A DNA stretch of 64,000 nt. Origin: Bacteroidota bacterium (GTDB lineage Bacteria; Bacteroidota; Bacteroidia; Sphingobacteriales; Sphingobacteriaceae). Positions within the stretch are counted from its first letter, which is position 1. Each line of letters opens with the position of its first letter. This document shows positions 63,627 to 64,000 of the stretch, one piece after another. Under the pieces are notes generated by a model. The model was not told the DNA's origin. It saw nothing but the letters and a program-made list of their open reading frames with translations, and searched no databases. The stretch covers positions 10,013 to 74,012 of the forward strand of contig JAMFRP010000030.1 of assembly GCA_026224775.1 (NCBI GenBank), in the 5' to 3' direction. The translations under genes were made by a program, and so were the position numbers.

Positions 63627-64000
63627 ATGAAAGAGCTACGCGCTGTGATTTTCCTATTATTTACAATCCATTTAAATGGGGTCAGCCAAATTGCCACAGT
63701 TAAATCGCCCGTTATACCGATAGAGGAATCACAAATGCTTTCAGATCTAAAAAAAGCTAAAACAGAACATGAGCTGCTTAATTCATCGCTAAAGCTCGGA
63801 AGTTATTATCTATATAAGCCAGGTGAAGAAAAAAGTGACCTCGACAACGCAGACCATTTTTTAAACCAGGCAATGGCGCTAAGTACAAAATTAAAAGTTG
63901 ACAGCTTGAAAAATAAAGCCCGTTTTGTTTTGGCTGAAGTATTGTTTGAAAGGGGGAAATACCAGCAAGCCCGGAGCGCTTACCTGAAAGCTATTGATAG
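63627..64000 (+). CDS. 5' part of a probable further TPR-like sensor kinase (runs off window; not in ORF track)
   Basis: Manual translation MKELRAVIFLLFT..LGSYYLYKPGEEKSDLDNADHFL..; same YY.KPG..LD.A motif as the kinases at 35829, 54168 and 56711; kinase domain not in window. Confidence 0.75.
   Translation, partial: MKELRAVIFLLFTIHLNGVSQIATVKSPVIPIEESQMLSDLKKAKTEHELLNSSLKLGSYYLYKPGEEKSDLDNADHFLNQAMALSTKLKVDSLKNKARFVLAEVLFERGKYQQARSAYLKAID

Noticed and set aside
1-64000. tRNA, rRNA or riboswitch genes
   Set aside because: No cloverleaf, rRNA-like or known aptamer pattern recognised by eye; an Infernal/Rfam scan would be needed to exclude them.

Overview
Bacteroidota DNA, most like Sphingobacteriaceae (Mucilaginibacter/Pedobacter) by gene families and A-rich, Shine-Dalgarno-less starts. 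Bases 1-3.8 kb look like the edge or relic of a conjugative element: paired 35-bp palindromic repeats, a GATAG/TAGCA array, stacked hairpins, a long stem-loop, a HEPN protein and an XRE regulator. No integrase, relaxase or tra gene lies in the window. The remaining ~60 kb is a stress/detoxification and signalling island. It holds four sigma54 enhancer-binding proteins (bEBPs), five complete HisKA_2 sensor kinases, the probable start of a sixth at the right edge and a deleted kinase remnant. It also holds a haem-binding/cytochrome P460 pair, hydrolases, VOC dioxygenases, MFS/TolC efflux, a kinase-like Omp85 protein, an HD-Pycsar-effector fusion and an 11-gene ycaC-amidohydrolase-dps-cydABDC operon whose cydA has an in-frame TGA at a conserved Trp. 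The main hidden structure is a promoter module found by eye at 12 places, plus two weaker cases. An 18-bp palindrome (TTTCG-N8-CGAAA-like) sits exactly 61-62 nt upstream of a sigma54 -24/-12-like element, often with an IHF-like box at a fixed position between them. This suggests most of the island is one sigma54 regulon that includes its own kinases and one bEBP, and it points to small ORFs absent from the ORF track. All calls come from manual reading; no database searches were run.
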